A stretch of 64,000 nt of DNA from the NCBI GenBank assembly GCA_025454975.1, contig JALONK010000003.1:74522-138521 (forward strand), in the 5' to 3' direction. The notes below the pieces were generated by a model. That model ran no database searches. It had not been told where the DNA came from and worked only from the letters and a program-made list of their open reading frames with translations. The stretch is from Bacteroidia bacterium. Lineage in GTDB: Bacteria > Bacteroidota > Bacteroidia > UKL13-3. The number at the start of each line of letters is the position of its first letter. The first letter of the stretch is position 1. The position numbers were made by a program, and so were the translations under genes. Shown here piece after piece: positions 10,289 to 20,228 of this stretch.

Positions 10289-10744
10289 ATGATTAATCTC
10301 TATTCCGACGAATATTTTATGAAGCAAGCTATAAAAGAGGCCGAATATGCTTATGAAAAAGGAGAAGTACCGGTTGGAGCCGTGATAGTTTGTGAGAACC
10401 GTATTATAGGCAGGGGGCATAATTTAACTGAAACTCTTAATGATGTTACAGCACACGCAGAAATGCAGGCCATAACTGCTGCGGCAAATTTTTTAGGAGC
10501 AAAATATTTAAACGAGTGTACCTTATATATTACATTAGAGCCTTGTGGAATGTGCGCAGGTGCGATATTTTGGGCTCAACTTAACCGAGTTGTATTTGGG
10601 GCTTCCGACCCTAAAAGAGGGTATCTTAAACAACATATTATGCTTCATCCAAAAACATCTGTGCAGTCTGGGATTGAAGAAGATACATGTAAATCATTGC
10701 TGCAATCGTTTTTTCAAAGCAAAAGGAAAAACACTCAAGGATAA
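10289..10744 (+). CDS. tadA: tRNA-specific adenosine deaminase TadA
   Basis: The motifs HAEMQAI and LEPCGMCAGAI (CDA zinc-binding H-x-E ... PC-x-x-C) are present, and EYFMKQAIKEAEYAYEKGEVPVGAVIV aligns to the E. coli TadA N-terminus. The track ORF starts at 10253 and would overlap the upstream kinase start. An internal Met at 10289 (or 10319) is the more likely start. Confidence 0.85.
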   Translation: MINLYSDEYFMKQAIKEAEYAYEKGEVPVGAVIVCENRIIGRGHNLTETLNDVTAHAEMQAITAAANFLGAKYLNECTLYITLEPCGMCAGAIFWAQLNRVVFGASDPKRGYLKQHIMLHPKTSVQSGIEEDTCKSLLQSFFQSKRKNTQG

Positions 10745-10830
10745 ACTTAACGCGATAAAAAGTGTTTTTTATGGTAAAGCAATTAAATTCGCATTCGAAA
10801 TCATCATTAACATACTAAAATTTATAAAAT

Positions 10831-11436
10831 ATGGCATTTGAATTACCAAAATTAAGCTACGAATATGTAGCATTAGAGCCTCATATTGATGCAAAAACTA
10901 TGGAAATACATCATAGCAAACATCATCAAGCGTACATAACTAATTTAAATAATGCTATTGCAGGTACCGATGCTGAACAATTAACAATTGAAGACATCTG
11001 TAAAAACATAAGCAAGTATAGCCCTGCAGTTAGGAATAACGGAGGGGGGCATTACAACCACAGTTTATTTTGGCAGATTCTTGGAGCTCCAGGTACTAAG
11101 CCATCAGCAAAACTTGCATCAGCAATTGATGCGGAGTTAGGTGGGATGGACAAATTAAAGGAAGATTTTAACAAAGCTGCTATCACCCGTTTTGGTAGTG
11201 GTTGGGCTTGGTTATGCGTAGAAAATGGTAAACTTAAAATCTGCTCTACTCCAAATCAAGATAATCCACTAATGGATGTTGTTACTGATTGTAAAGGAAC
11301 ACCAATATTAGGATTAGATGTATGGGAACATGCGTACTATTTAAATTATCAGAACCGTCGACCTGATTATTGTACTGCATTTTGGAATGTAATTAACTGG
11401 GACGAAGTAAGTCGCAGATACGAATCATTGATTTAG
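10831..11436 (+). CDS. sodA: Superoxide dismutase (Fe/Mn family)
   Basis: The N-terminus reads [35 protein letters not shown], and DVWEHAYYL lies near the C-terminus. These are the canonical Fe/Mn-SOD metal-ligand motifs, at about 200 aa. Confidence 0.95.
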   Translation: MAFELPKLSYEYVALEPHIDAKTMEIHHSKHHQAYITNLNNAIAGTDAEQLTIEDICKNISKYSPAVRNNGGGHYNHSLFWQILGAPGTKPSAKLASAIDAELGGMDKLKEDFNKAAITRFGSGWAWLCVENGKLKICSTPNQDNPLMDVVTDCKGTPILGLDVWEHAYYLNYQNRRPDYCTAFWNVINWDEVSRRYESLI

Positions 11437-11470
11437 TTACCGGTATTAGTTCCTCAATTAATATATAAAT

Positions 11471-11767
11471 ATGAATGTAGTTGTAAACATAAGAGAAATA
11501 GTAGAAGTTAAGGATCCAATTGGTATTAAATTATTTAATCATGATGTTTTAAATAGGATTGAAGACCAACGTGTAAGGAGATTGAACTTAGACAAAGCAG
11601 CAACCTTAGGAAAGGTGTCAGGGAAAAAAGCAGTAATTGTTTTAGCCACACCTGATGGTTATAAGAAAATTATTGCTAAAGTGCTTGGCGTAGATGATAA
11701 AAGTGCTTGGATTGAAGGACGGGTTACAATCCCTCTTATGTGTATTTACACGATTGACATCACTTAA
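11471..11767 (+). CDS. Hypothetical small protein (98 aa), unknown function
   Basis: This is a clean ORF in an intergenic slot between sodA and the convergent glmS. I recognise no family. It has no TM segments and a mixed charged/hydrophobic composition. Confidence 0.45.
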   Translation: MNVVVNIREIVEVKDPIGIKLFNHDVLNRIEDQRVRRLNLDKAATLGKVSGKKAVIVLATPDGYKKIIAKVLGVDDKSAWIEGRVTIPLMCIYTIDIT

Positions 11768-11892
11768 TATATTAATAAAACCGCTGCTTATTTTTTATTA
11801 AGTTATTTTATTATAAATTGCTCTCCTATTTAAGATGTAATGTTTTTATAACAGAAGAAAATAGTGCTGTAAAGGCGCTAGGATTAGGGGGT

Positions 11893-11929
11893 AAAAAAAA
11901 CAAGCCGGCGAAAGCCGGCTTTGTTTTTT
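11893..11929. terminator. Bidirectional rho-independent terminator (AAAAAAAACAAGCCGGCGAAAGCCGGCTTTGTTTTTT)
   Basis: A 9-bp GC-rich stem with a GAAA tetraloop is flanked by an A-run and a T-run. It sits between the convergent 11471..11767 (+) and glmS (-) genes. Confidence 0.7.
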
Positions 11930-11947
11930 ATAATGTTTGTTGTGTTA

Positions 11948-13789
11948 TTATTCAACCGTTACCGACTTAGCCAGGTTCCTAGGTTGGTCAACATTACATT
12001 CACGCATTACTGCGATATGATACGACAATAACTGAAGAGGAATACTTGCTATTAGAGGCAACATAGCCTCTTCACATTGTGGAATTGGAATAACGTAATC
12101 AGCATGGTCTTTAATATGTTCATCACCAATAGTAGAAATTGCAATTACTCTACCTTTTCTTGCTCGAACTTCTTGAATATTACTGATTACTTTTTCGTAG
12201 TTACTATGTTGAGTAGCTATAACAACAACCGGCATTTCTTCATCTATAAGTGCAATCGGACCATGCTTCATTTCTGCTGCCGGATATCCTTCTGCATGTA
12301 TGTAACTGATTTCTTTTAATTTTAGTGCTCCTTCTAATGCAATTGGGAATCCATAGCCTCTTCCTAAATATAGGGCATTACGACTGTCTTTAAATTCAGC
12401 CGCAATTTCCTTAATCATATCATTTAGTTTAAGCGCTTCTTCAACTTTAGAAGGAATAGTTTCTAGCTCAATTAACAATTCCCTTAATCTTTCCTTACTT
12501 ATTGTTCCACGTTTTTGTGCAACAGAAAGCGACATTAAAATTAAGGCGGTAACTTGAGCGGTAAATGCTTTTGTTGATGCTACTCCGATTTCGGGACCTG
12601 CATGGGTATAGGCACCTGCATCTGTGATCCTTGGTATAGAAGAACCAACAACGTTACATACCCCAAAAATAGTAGCTCCTTTACTTTTAGCCAACTCAAG
12701 TGCGGCTAATGTATCTGCTGTTTCACCACTTTGAGAAATAGCAATTACAAAATCATTTTCATCAATTACTGGGTTTCTGTATCTGAATTCAGATGCATAT
12801 TCTACCTCAGTGGGTATGCGAGCAAAATCTTCAAATAAATATTCACCAACTAAACCTGCATGCCAACTGGTACCGCAGCCCACAATCAATAAACGTTTGA
12901 TGTTTTTTAATTTGTCTTCAAACTTATCAATGCCAGCCATTGCGATAGTAGCGTCATTTACATGGGTTCGGCCTCTAAACGAATCTAAAATCGACCTAGG
13001 TTGTTCGTAAATCTCCTTCATCATAAAATGATCGAAGCCTCCCTTTTCAATACTTTCAAGGTTGATTTCTAGTTCTTGTATGTAAGGTGATTTGATTGTA
13101 TTATCAATGGTTTTAACTGTTAATTTATTGTTGTCAATAATTACCAATTCGCCATCATTTAAATAAATTACATTTCTAGTATATTCAACAATAGGAGTTG
13201 CATCGCTGGCAATAAAATGTTCGTTTTCACCAATACCAACTACCATTGGACTACCTTTTCTTGCACCAATTAAATAAGTTGGATCACTCTTAGATAAGAT
13301 TACAATAGCGTAGGCACCTACTACTTGAGTTAATGCCATTCTTACTGCTTCTTCAAAACTAACGCTGTTATTTTTAAATACTTCTTCAATGAGGTGAATT
13401 AAAACTTCGGTATCAGTATCACTTTTAAATTCATGTCCACGCTTGATTAGCGCTTGTTTCAAAGTACTATAATTTTCTATGATACCGTTGTGAATGATAG
13501 CAAATTCACCATTTTGAGATAAATGCGGATGTGCATTTTTATCATTAGGCGCACCATGTGTAGCCCAACGGGTATGCCCCATTCCGGTATTAGCATGCAC
13601 ATCTTTGTCGGCTGTTTCTGCCTCCAAATCAGATACTTTTCCTGACTTTTTATAGATATTAAGGGCTTTATCAGGAGTAAGTAAAGCAACGCCTGCGCTG
13701 TCGTATCCGCGATACTCGAGGCGTTTAAGTCCTTTTACAATTATAGGGTAGGCTTCGCGGTGGCCTATATAAGCAACTATTCCACACAT
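11948..13789 (-). CDS. glmS: Glutamine--fructose-6-phosphate aminotransferase
   Basis: The protein starts MCGIVAYIG (Ntn Cys2) and has a GATase-II domain plus two SIS domains. It ends ...SVTVE at 613 aa, a textbook GlmS. Confidence 0.97.
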   Translation of the reverse strand: MCGIVAYIGHREAYPIIVKGLKRLEYRGYDSAGVALLTPDKALNIYKKSGKVSDLEAETADKDVHANTGMGHTRWATHGAPNDKNAHPHLSQNGEFAIIHNGIIENYSTLKQALIKRGHEFKSDTDTEVLIHLIEEVFKNNSVSFEEAVRMALTQVVGAYAIVILSKSDPTYLIGARKGSPMVVGIGENEHFIASDATPIVEYTRNVIYLNDGELVIIDNNKLTVKTIDNTIKSPYIQELEINLESIEKGGFDHFMMKEIYEQPRSILDSFRGRTHVNDATIAMAGIDKFEDKLKNIKRLLIVGCGTSWHAGLVGEYLFEDFARIPTEVEYASEFRYRNPVIDENDFVIAISQSGETADTLAALELAKSKGATIFGVCNVVGSSIPRITDAGAYTHAGPEIGVASTKAFTAQVTALILMSLSVAQKRGTISKERLRELLIELETIPSKVEEALKLNDMIKEIAAEFKDSRNALYLGRGYGFPIALEGALKLKEISYIHAEGYPAAEMKHGPIALIDEEMPVVVIATQHSNYEKVISNIQEVRARKGRVIAISTIGDEHIKDHADYVIPIPQCEEAMLPLIASIPLQLLSYHIAVMRECNVDQPRNLAKSVTVE

Positions 13790-13804
13790 AAGAATTCAAA
13801 AATA

Positions 13805-14836
13805 TTACAATCTTGGAGTTTTCAAAGCAGAAGTTTGAGTATCTGTATGTTTTCCTAGTGCATTCAGTAGTAATTGCGTGTTATTCAGCAGTTCGTCAAA
13901 TTGAATAAATGATATTGCTTGGTCGCCGTCACTAAGTGCTTGAGCAGGATTTGGATGTACTTCAACTAAAATTCCATCGGCACCTATTGCAGCAGCTGCC
14001 ATTGATGCCGGAATTACGCGAGAGGATGCGCCGGTTCCGTGACTTGGGTCGATAATTACAGGTAGGTGGCTTAATTCCTTAATTAAAGGTACCACTCCTA
14101 AATCAAGCACGTTTCTGCTTAATGGATCAAAGCTTCTTATTCCTCGTTCGCACAAAATAACCTCGCTATTGCCACCGCTTAATAAATATTCAGCAGATAA
14201 TAACCATTCAACAACTTTTGCCTGAAATCCTCTTTTCAATAAAACCGGCTTACGAACTTTACCTAATTCTCTTAAAAGATAGAAGTTATGCATATTTCTA
14301 CTGCCTACTTGCAAAACATCTGAATAATTCATTACCTCATCTAGAACATTCAGGTCAAGAATTTCAGTAACAACATTTAAGCCATATTGATCAGCAGCCT
14401 TACGTAAGAGTTTTAATCCATCCACTCCCAAACCACTAAAACTGTATGGTGAGGTTCGAGGTTTATAAGCGCCGCCTCTAATAAATTTTACACCTTTAGA
14501 CGCCAAAAATTCAGCCGTACTAAAGATTTGTTCTTCGTGTTCTACTGAACACGGACCTGCCATTACGTTAAATAAACCACCGCCTATTTCGGTACCATTT
14601 ACTGAAACAACGGTTTTATTTTTGTATAATTTAGAGGCTAGCTTATAATTCGTAGGAATGGCAATATATGAATCAACCGCACTAAAATCTTGCACCAACT
14701 CAATTTCGGTATGTCGCGGGGTTATAACAATTTGCTCCGACGATAAATAATGAAAAGGTATTTTGTTCTTTTTGAAGAAATCAAACAAAATTAGCCTATC
14801 GGCTTCCTGTCCATCTTTTTTTAATTTAATAATCAC
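13805..14836 (-). CDS. 3-deoxy-7-phosphoheptulonate (DAH7P) synthase, class I-beta with N-terminal ferredoxin-like regulatory domain
   Basis: The motif AGPCSVEHEEQ...KFIRGGAYKPRTSPYSFSGLG matches Thermotoga-type DAH7PS rather than KDO8PS. About 80 aa at the N-terminus are extra. The gene is tightly packed with glmS downstream and the lipoprotein upstream. Confidence 0.8.
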   Translation of the reverse strand: MIIKLKKDGQEADRLILFDFFKKNKIPFHYLSSEQIVITPRHTEIELVQDFSAVDSYIAIPTNYKLASKLYKNKTVVSVNGTEIGGGLFNVMAGPCSVEHEEQIFSTAEFLASKGVKFIRGGAYKPRTSPYSFSGLGVDGLKLLRKAADQYGLNVVTEILDLNVLDEVMNYSDVLQVGSRNMHNFYLLRELGKVRKPVLLKRGFQAKVVEWLLSAEYLLSGGNSEVILCERGIRSFDPLSRNVLDLGVVPLIKELSHLPVIIDPSHGTGASSRVIPASMAAAAIGADGILVEVHPNPAQALSDGDQAISFIQFDELLNNTQLLLNALGKHTDTQTSALKTPRL

Positions 14837-14839
14837 GTT

Positions 14840-16240
14840 CTACTTAATAACAGTATAAGTTAATATTAGTTTCACCTTTTCCTCTCCTTTAATACTTCTA
14901 TCGGTATCTAAAATTAGTCTTGAAGCAGAAATAGGGTTATCGGCTGGGATGGTGATATTAAAACCTGTATTTAGGTTTACACCTGTGGTTCGATATGTTG
15001 TTAACCAATGTTGAATTTCACGATTTAAGTTAAACCAATAGCCTTTAACTGAAGCATCATAATTGCCACCTAGGTAAGAAAGAAATTCTTGCTGTAAGTC
15101 TCTGGTTAATGTATTTCTGCCAAGCGAATCATTACCGAAAGCATACAACTGTGTTGGTATTGTATATTTACCAATAGATGCACTATCCTTTAATTTAACT
15201 TCTAATCTGGCACTGATAATACCGATATTCTCATTTTTTGCCAGCTCGAGTAATCCTGGAATTAAAATACGCGTTTTAATTCCTGCGGCTGCTTGCACGT
15301 AACAAGTTTGTTGATGACTAGGCTGAGGGAAGGAAATTCTATTGCTGTGTTTATATTGGTTTGCCTTTACTTCGCTACTATTTTGAATAGGAAATTCATA
15401 CTTAACAGGAACACCATTTTCTTTGAAATATACCACAAGAGCTGTTTGAGGATTATCTCTTCTCATATTAATAAAAGTAATGGCTCCATTTCCTGAACTG
15501 ATACCGGGTTGTTCAGCACTAATGAAAAATCCTTTAAAAGCAGCCTTGAAATTTGCATTGCTTGCAAAAGTAGTTGCTGATGCGGTTTGCAGTCTATTAA
15601 TAAAATCAGCATCATTTATTCTGATTCTGATTTGCGGGGCATTTGAAATTGTTTTACCGTTTAATGAATAAACCACACTATCAGCAGTTGCAAAAACCCC
15701 ATTGTAAGAACCTAAAACATTACTTCCGATTTGGTAATTTTTATTACTAAAAATAGGCTCCGATAAGGATTCTGATAAGCCTTCCTGTAACTCATAAACC
15801 TGAATGGATTGGTTGGTATTATTTCCATAAATACCGTCCTTTCCGGCGTATCGCAATTGTAAAACTACCGAGTCAATTGTATTTCCATTAAAACTAAAAC
15901 CCGCCACAGGTAAAGCAAATTGGGTAATAATATTGGCAGTAGTAACTCCAAGTACCGGATCGTGCATTGAACCAAGCATATAGTAGGTTAACCCTCTTGT
16001 ATCAACAGAGTCGGAGGGCACACTATAAGCAACAACATTAAAGGTATCGGTTACTTGAATATTATAACCGGCTCTATTTCCTATAACATCAGAGCCAACA
16101 TTCCCCGGGTCTTTTTTACATGATGATAGAATAAAGGCAAATAAAACAGGCAGATATACCGGTTTAATTTTGTCTTTCCAATAATTCATCATAAAGTTTA
16201 ATATATTCATCAACGTAACCTTCTTCCTCTTTATGGTCAA
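14840..16240 (-). CDS. Hypothetical lipoprotein, probably the DUF4270 family that accompanies short glycogen-synthase-like genes in Bacteroidetes
   Basis: A lipoprotein signal is present (…PVYLPVLFAFILSSCKKD, lipobox LSSC). Several Met residues could serve as the start (16240, 16210, 16192). The gene lies immediately downstream of the glgA-like gene. The DUF4270 assignment is from memory of conserved synteny, not from a search. Confidence 0.6.
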   Translation of the reverse strand: MTIKRKKVTLMNILNFMMNYWKDKIKPVYLPVLFAFILSSCKKDPGNVGSDVIGNRAGYNIQVTDTFNVVAYSVPSDSVDTRGLTYYMLGSMHDPVLGVTTANIITQFALPVAGFSFNGNTIDSVVLQLRYAGKDGIYGNNTNQSIQVYELQEGLSESLSEPIFSNKNYQIGSNVLGSYNGVFATADSVVYSLNGKTISNAPQIRIRINDADFINRLQTASATTFASNANFKAAFKGFFISAEQPGISSGNGAITFINMRRDNPQTALVVYFKENGVPVKYEFPIQNSSEVKANQYKHSNRISFPQPSHQQTCYVQAAAGIKTRILIPGLLELAKNENIGIISARLEVKLKDSASIGKYTIPTQLYAFGNDSLGRNTLTRDLQQEFLSYLGGNYDASVKGYWFNLNREIQHWLTTYRTTGVNLNTGFNITIPADNPISASRLILDTDRSIKGEEKVKLILTYTVIK

Positions 16241-16979
16241 TAACTACCTTACCTTTTTGTTTCTTTAAAAAAGAAGCCACGTCAGGGTCAATATCAGAAC
16301 TGGCTTTTACGATTGCATCTGCATGAATTATGCCCGACTTATATAAACCTGAACATGAGGCGTCTAAAGATCCCATTTGTTTATTATCGATTGAGTTCAA
16401 ACTAGCTTTCCTTGCAAAGTCTTTACCCAGATCATCAGAAAACTGATTTTCGAAAATGCTGAATACTACTTTAGAGTTTTTAAATACAGGCTCATCTTTA
16501 TACAAGGTTTTTAGATACATCGGAATTAATCCGGTCATCCAACCTTGACAATGAATAATATCAGGCTGCCAACCTAACTTCTTAACTGTTTCTAAAGCTC
16601 CTTTACAAAAGAAGATGGTACGTTCATCATTATCTCCGAAAAAGTTATTGTTTTCGTCGGTATAAACGAACTTTCGATGAAAATAGTCTTCGTTATCTAA
16701 AAAATAAACCTGCATTTTAGCTTCGGGTAGTGAAGCTACCTTAATGGTTAATGGATTGTCGTTATCATCAATGGTAATGTTGATGCCGGATAACCTAACC
16801 ACTTCATGTAAACGATTACGCCTTTCATTGATACAACCATACCTAGGCATGAGTACCCTTATTTCGTTATCTTTTTCCTGAATGGCCTGTGGTAAACGTC
16901 TGGCTAATTCTGCAACTGTACTCACTTTCAAATACGGACTCATTTCTGATGAAATGAACAAGATTTTCTTCCTTGCCAT
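16164..16979 (-). CDS. Glycogen synthase-like protein, N-terminal GT5/GT-B half only (~272 aa)
   Basis: From the ATG at 16979 the protein reads MARKKILFISSEMSPYLKVSTVAELARRLPQAI...VLMPRYG...DIIHCQGWMTGLIPMYLK, which matches the N-terminal Rossmann half of bacterial GlgA. The ORF stops about where the C-terminal half would begin. The track ORF start at 17006 is probably an upstream extension. Confidence 0.75.
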   Translation of the reverse strand: MARKKILFISSEMSPYLKVSTVAELARRLPQAIQEKDNEIRVLMPRYGCINERRNRLHEVVRLSGINITIDDNDNPLTIKVASLPEAKMQVYFLDNEDYFHRKFVYTDENNNFFGDNDERTIFFCKGALETVKKLGWQPDIIHCQGWMTGLIPMYLKTLYKDEPVFKNSKVVFSIFENQFSDDLGKDFARKASLNSIDNKQMGSLDASCSGLYKSGIIHADAIVKASSDIDPDVASFLKKQKGKVVIDHKEEEGYVDEYIKLYDELLERQN

Positions 16980-17093
16980 GTTAGATGTGCTTAAAAAAGT
17001 GCACAAAAATATATATAATTTGTGGAAAATTAGTAATATCCCGCCCGTTTTATTTTCGCCTTAATCATAACTTACACAAAATTAACACAGTAG

Positions 17094-17945
17094 ATGTTTG
17101 TATTTACAACAGTTAACGATTTACAACATTTTATCTCCTCGCATGCATCCAAACATCGAATAGGATTTGTTCCAACAATGGGCGCATTACATGCCGGACA
17201 TTTAAGTTTAATTAATGCTTCAAAACATAATCATGAGCTTACAGTGTGCAGTATTTTTGTTAACCCCACTCAATTTAATAATCCTAGTGATTTAGAAAAA
17301 TACCCTCGAACCTTATCACAAGATTTAAAACTTTTGGCAGAAACCGGATGTGATGTGGTTTTCACACCTGAACCTGAACAATTATATGGTTCCGACATTC
17401 AGGCACAAATCTACGATTATGGTGAAATCATGAATAGCTTTGAAGGAGCTTTCAGACCGGGGCATTTTAATGGAGTAATAACAGTTGTTAAAAAACTTTT
17501 TGAGGCAGTGAAACCTGATGCTGCTTATTTTGGCAGTAAAGACTTGCAACAATGTATGGTGGTGAGCCAACTAATAAAAAGGGAGTTTCCTAATCTGAAA
17601 CTACATATTATGCCAACTATCAGAGAGGAAAATGGATTGGCTATGAGTTCGCGTAACACACGCCTTTCAGATACGGAAAAAATATTAGCAACCGGCCTTT
17701 ATAAAGCAATGAATAATGCAGCAGAAAATATTAAAAATGAGGTTGACATTAATGCTGCTATAAACGCTGCTGCTTACAAATATTTGAATAACCCGCTGTT
17801 TAAAATTGAATATTTTAATCTGATAAATACAGAAAATTTTAATGTTGCAAATGCTATACAACCAAACTGTAATTATGCAATTATTATTGCATGTTGGTGT
17901 GGAGAAGTGCGCTTAATAGATAATTTACCATTAGTTGAAACGTAA
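17094..17945 (+). CDS. panC: Pantoate--beta-alanine ligase
   Basis: The HIGH-class motif is present (GFVPTMGALHAGHLSLI) and the protein is 283 aa. It is transcribed divergently from the glgA-like gene. Confidence 0.95.
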   Translation: MFVFTTVNDLQHFISSHASKHRIGFVPTMGALHAGHLSLINASKHNHELTVCSIFVNPTQFNNPSDLEKYPRTLSQDLKLLAETGCDVVFTPEPEQLYGSDIQAQIYDYGEIMNSFEGAFRPGHFNGVITVVKKLFEAVKPDAAYFGSKDLQQCMVVSQLIKREFPNLKLHIMPTIREENGLAMSSRNTRLSDTEKILATGLYKAMNNAAENIKNEVDINAAINAAAYKYLNNPLFKIEYFNLINTENFNVANAIQPNCNYAIIIACWCGEVRLIDNLPLVET

Positions 17946-17966
17946 TAAAATGTTTTAATTCGTAAA

Positions 17967-19337
17967 ATGCGTAAGGCAGAACAATTCATATCTGATACCG
18001 AAAAAATAAGCACTAACAAGGAGCATTATTCAGTAATGCAAGCTTACGGAGACCGGTATATGGTGTCTCATCAAACTGCTAAAAAACAATTTCAAAACTT
18101 AAATTTGGCTCGTGAACGTGCTGCTTATGCTAAATGGAAAGTAACTGAAAATTTAGACAAATATTTAATCGAATTTGAATCGGCAATTATTAGAAAAGGG
18201 GGTAAAGTATTGTGGGCTGATGATGCTCAAATTGCTTTACAGGAGATTGAAGGTTTAGTGAAAAAGTATAATGCCCAAAAAATTGTTAAAGGTAAAAGTA
18301 TGTTGAGCGATGAAATAGGTTTAAATGCCTATTTGCGCGATAAAGGTTACCAAGTTCAGGAAACAGACTTAGGAGAATACATTATTGATGAAGCAGGTGA
18401 AAGACCATACCACATGGTAATGCCTGCCATGCATAAAAAAACCGCAGAAATTGCCTACCTTCTAAACGAAAAAACAACAACTGCGTTAGATGCCGATGCC
18501 GAGCATATAACTGCAGATGTTAGACAAACATTGCGTCCGGTATTCACTGCTGCTGATATGGCGATTACAGGTGCAAACTTTTTAATCGCTGATAGTGGAT
18601 TAGTTGGAATAACAGAAAATGAAGGAAATATCAGGTTGTCGTTAGCTTTTGCAAAAGTTCATGTAGTTGTTGCGGGTATTGATAAGTTAATTCCGTCGTT
18701 AGCAGATATAGATTTATTTTTTAGTTTATTAGCCACTTATGGAACTGGCCAGCAGTTAACCGGATACAATACAGTGGTTGGTCCTAAAACAAGCAATGAA
18801 ATTGATGGACCTGCTGAGTTTATTGTTTTGTTAGTGGATAATGGCCGTTCAAATTTATTAGCTCAACACGACCAAAGACAGGCCTTAGGCTGTATCAAAT
18901 GTGGTGCTTGCCATCAGGTTTGTCCGGTATTTCATCAAATAGGCGGACATGCTTATGGTGTTTCTACTAATGGTCCGATTGGTGCTGTAACGGCTCAATA
19001 TTTAAGTAACCATGACGAACATAAGCACTTAAGTTTCGCTAGCCCATTGTGCGGTAAATGCACAGATATCTGTCCGGTGAAAATTGATATTCATAATCAT
19101 TTAACCAGGAACAGAAGAGATACAACGCAAAAAAATCTAATAAAAAATTCGGAAAAGTTGATGTGGTATAGTTGGAAAAAATTCATGTTAAGTAGAAAGA
19201 ACATGAATAAAGGACAAACTATAAAATCACTAATGATAAAAGGTTTTTTTAAAAGTAGCTGGGGTAACGATCGCTTATTTCCAACATTGGCCGAAAAATC
19301 ATTCAATCAACTTTGGCGAGAGCGGTTTGGACAATAA
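17967..19337 (+). CDS. LutB/YkgF-like iron-sulfur protein (LUD domain + two 4Fe-4S ferredoxin motifs)
   Basis: Two cluster motifs are present (CIKCGACHQVCPV and CGKCTDICPV), and a DUF162/LUD-like region lies between residues 60 and 300. The size matches LutB. No lutA or lutC is adjacent. Confidence 0.7.
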   Translation: MRKAEQFISDTEKISTNKEHYSVMQAYGDRYMVSHQTAKKQFQNLNLARERAAYAKWKVTENLDKYLIEFESAIIRKGGKVLWADDAQIALQEIEGLVKKYNAQKIVKGKSMLSDEIGLNAYLRDKGYQVQETDLGEYIIDEAGERPYHMVMPAMHKKTAEIAYLLNEKTTTALDADAEHITADVRQTLRPVFTAADMAITGANFLIADSGLVGITENEGNIRLSLAFAKVHVVVAGIDKLIPSLADIDLFFSLLATYGTGQQLTGYNTVVGPKTSNEIDGPAEFIVLLVDNGRSNLLAQHDQRQALGCIKCGACHQVCPVFHQIGGHAYGVSTNGPIGAVTAQYLSNHDEHKHLSFASPLCGKCTDICPVKIDIHNHLTRNRRDTTQKNLIKNSEKLMWYSWKKFMLSRKNMNKGQTIKSLMIKGFFKSSWGNDRLFPTLAEKSFNQLWRERFGQ

Positions 19338-19477
19338 AAGCACAGGTAACCTCCAATTAAATTTCACAACAGCAATTGTAAATGGTTAAAGTAAATTAGA
19401 AAAACTAAACCTCCTAGTTGAATGCACAGGTCAATTGTAAACTTTTCTAACTTATGGACACAATGGATATGTATTAC

Positions 19478-20185
19478 TTAGAATGCAATGCTGCTAAATC
19501 GTTCGGCACCGGTTTGTTTCTTTGAAGATCTTCTCGCTGTAGGTTTAAATGAATTCCATTCAATTGATACGTAAAAAACATTAACCTTCATTTGATTGAA
19601 TGGACTTTGACGAACATTATTAACCGTTTCGGTAAAGGATGAGTTTAAAAAATTATTGAAATAATACTTAAATTTAATTGTGAATCCGGACTTAAAGTTA
19701 ACTCCTGCAAACCCAGCATGCATTATAGATGGGACTCGATTACTCATCCAAACAGATACTTTAGATTCCTTTTCTTCATTAACAAATAACTTTTGTTTGT
19801 AATGAAACGGAATTTCAAATTCATAGCCAAAATAAAAAAATGTTTTGCTGACATTACCAAGTTTAATGCCTACGGGGATTCCGAGATTATAAGTACGGTG
19901 CTTGTAAACAGAATCAGTATTTGGTTTTTCATAAATAAAACCTATGTTCCTAATTCCTATTCCATAAAACCACCCAAAATGTTTTTGGGTATTATAATTG
20001 GTTAAAAACTGCAAATTAAATACGGGCGAAAAGCGCAGTCTTGAAGCTTCTTGTTTGCCATTAATGGAAACATTTGCCATTGAAAAAATTGTTTCTCCTG
20101 AGAATGAATTAAATTTTTTTTGAGCCTGAACCGCACTTATTCCAACAAAAAAAACTCCGACTGTAATTAGGCGTTTAAATAACAT
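19478..20185 (-). CDS. Putative outer-membrane beta-barrel protein
   Basis: A signal peptide (MLFKRLITVGVFFVGISAVQAQ) begins at the internal Met. The body shows an alternating beta-strand pattern and ends in an aromatic residue (…RFSSIAF). The track ORF extends to 20344, but that N-terminal extension overlaps the deaD 3' end and is likely spurious. Confidence 0.6.
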   Translation of the reverse strand: MLFKRLITVGVFFVGISAVQAQKKFNSFSGETIFSMANVSINGKQEASRLRFSPVFNLQFLTNYNTQKHFGWFYGIGIRNIGFIYEKPNTDSVYKHRTYNLGIPVGIKLGNVSKTFFYFGYEFEIPFHYKQKLFVNEEKESKVSVWMSNRVPSIMHAGFAGVNFKSGFTIKFKYYFNNFLNSSFTETVNNVRQSPFNQMKVNVFYVSIEWNSFKPTARRSSKKQTGAERFSSIAF

Positions 20186-20228
20186 AAACACAAAAGTACG
20201 AGCCGGAGTGATGATGACAAAATAAATT

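Noticed and set aside
10545-10841. 98-aa + strand ORF overlapping the tadA 3' half and reaching the sodA start
   Set aside because: It lies out of frame within a well-supported tadA, has no recognisable fold, and would overlap the sodA start codon. It is spurious.
12077-13689. Small ORFs on both strands inside glmS (12077..12319, 12810..13010, 13477..13689)
   Set aside because: They are embedded in the glmS CDS. The protein sequences are low-complexity with no motifs.
19338-19477. Short imperfect direct repeat (GCACAGGT…CAATTGTAAA occurring twice, plus AACCTCC twice) in the lutB-like/OMP intergenic region
   Set aside because: It has only two copies of 8-10 nt with irregular spacing and no CRISPR-like periodicity. 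It is most likely chance or a promoter-region duplication.
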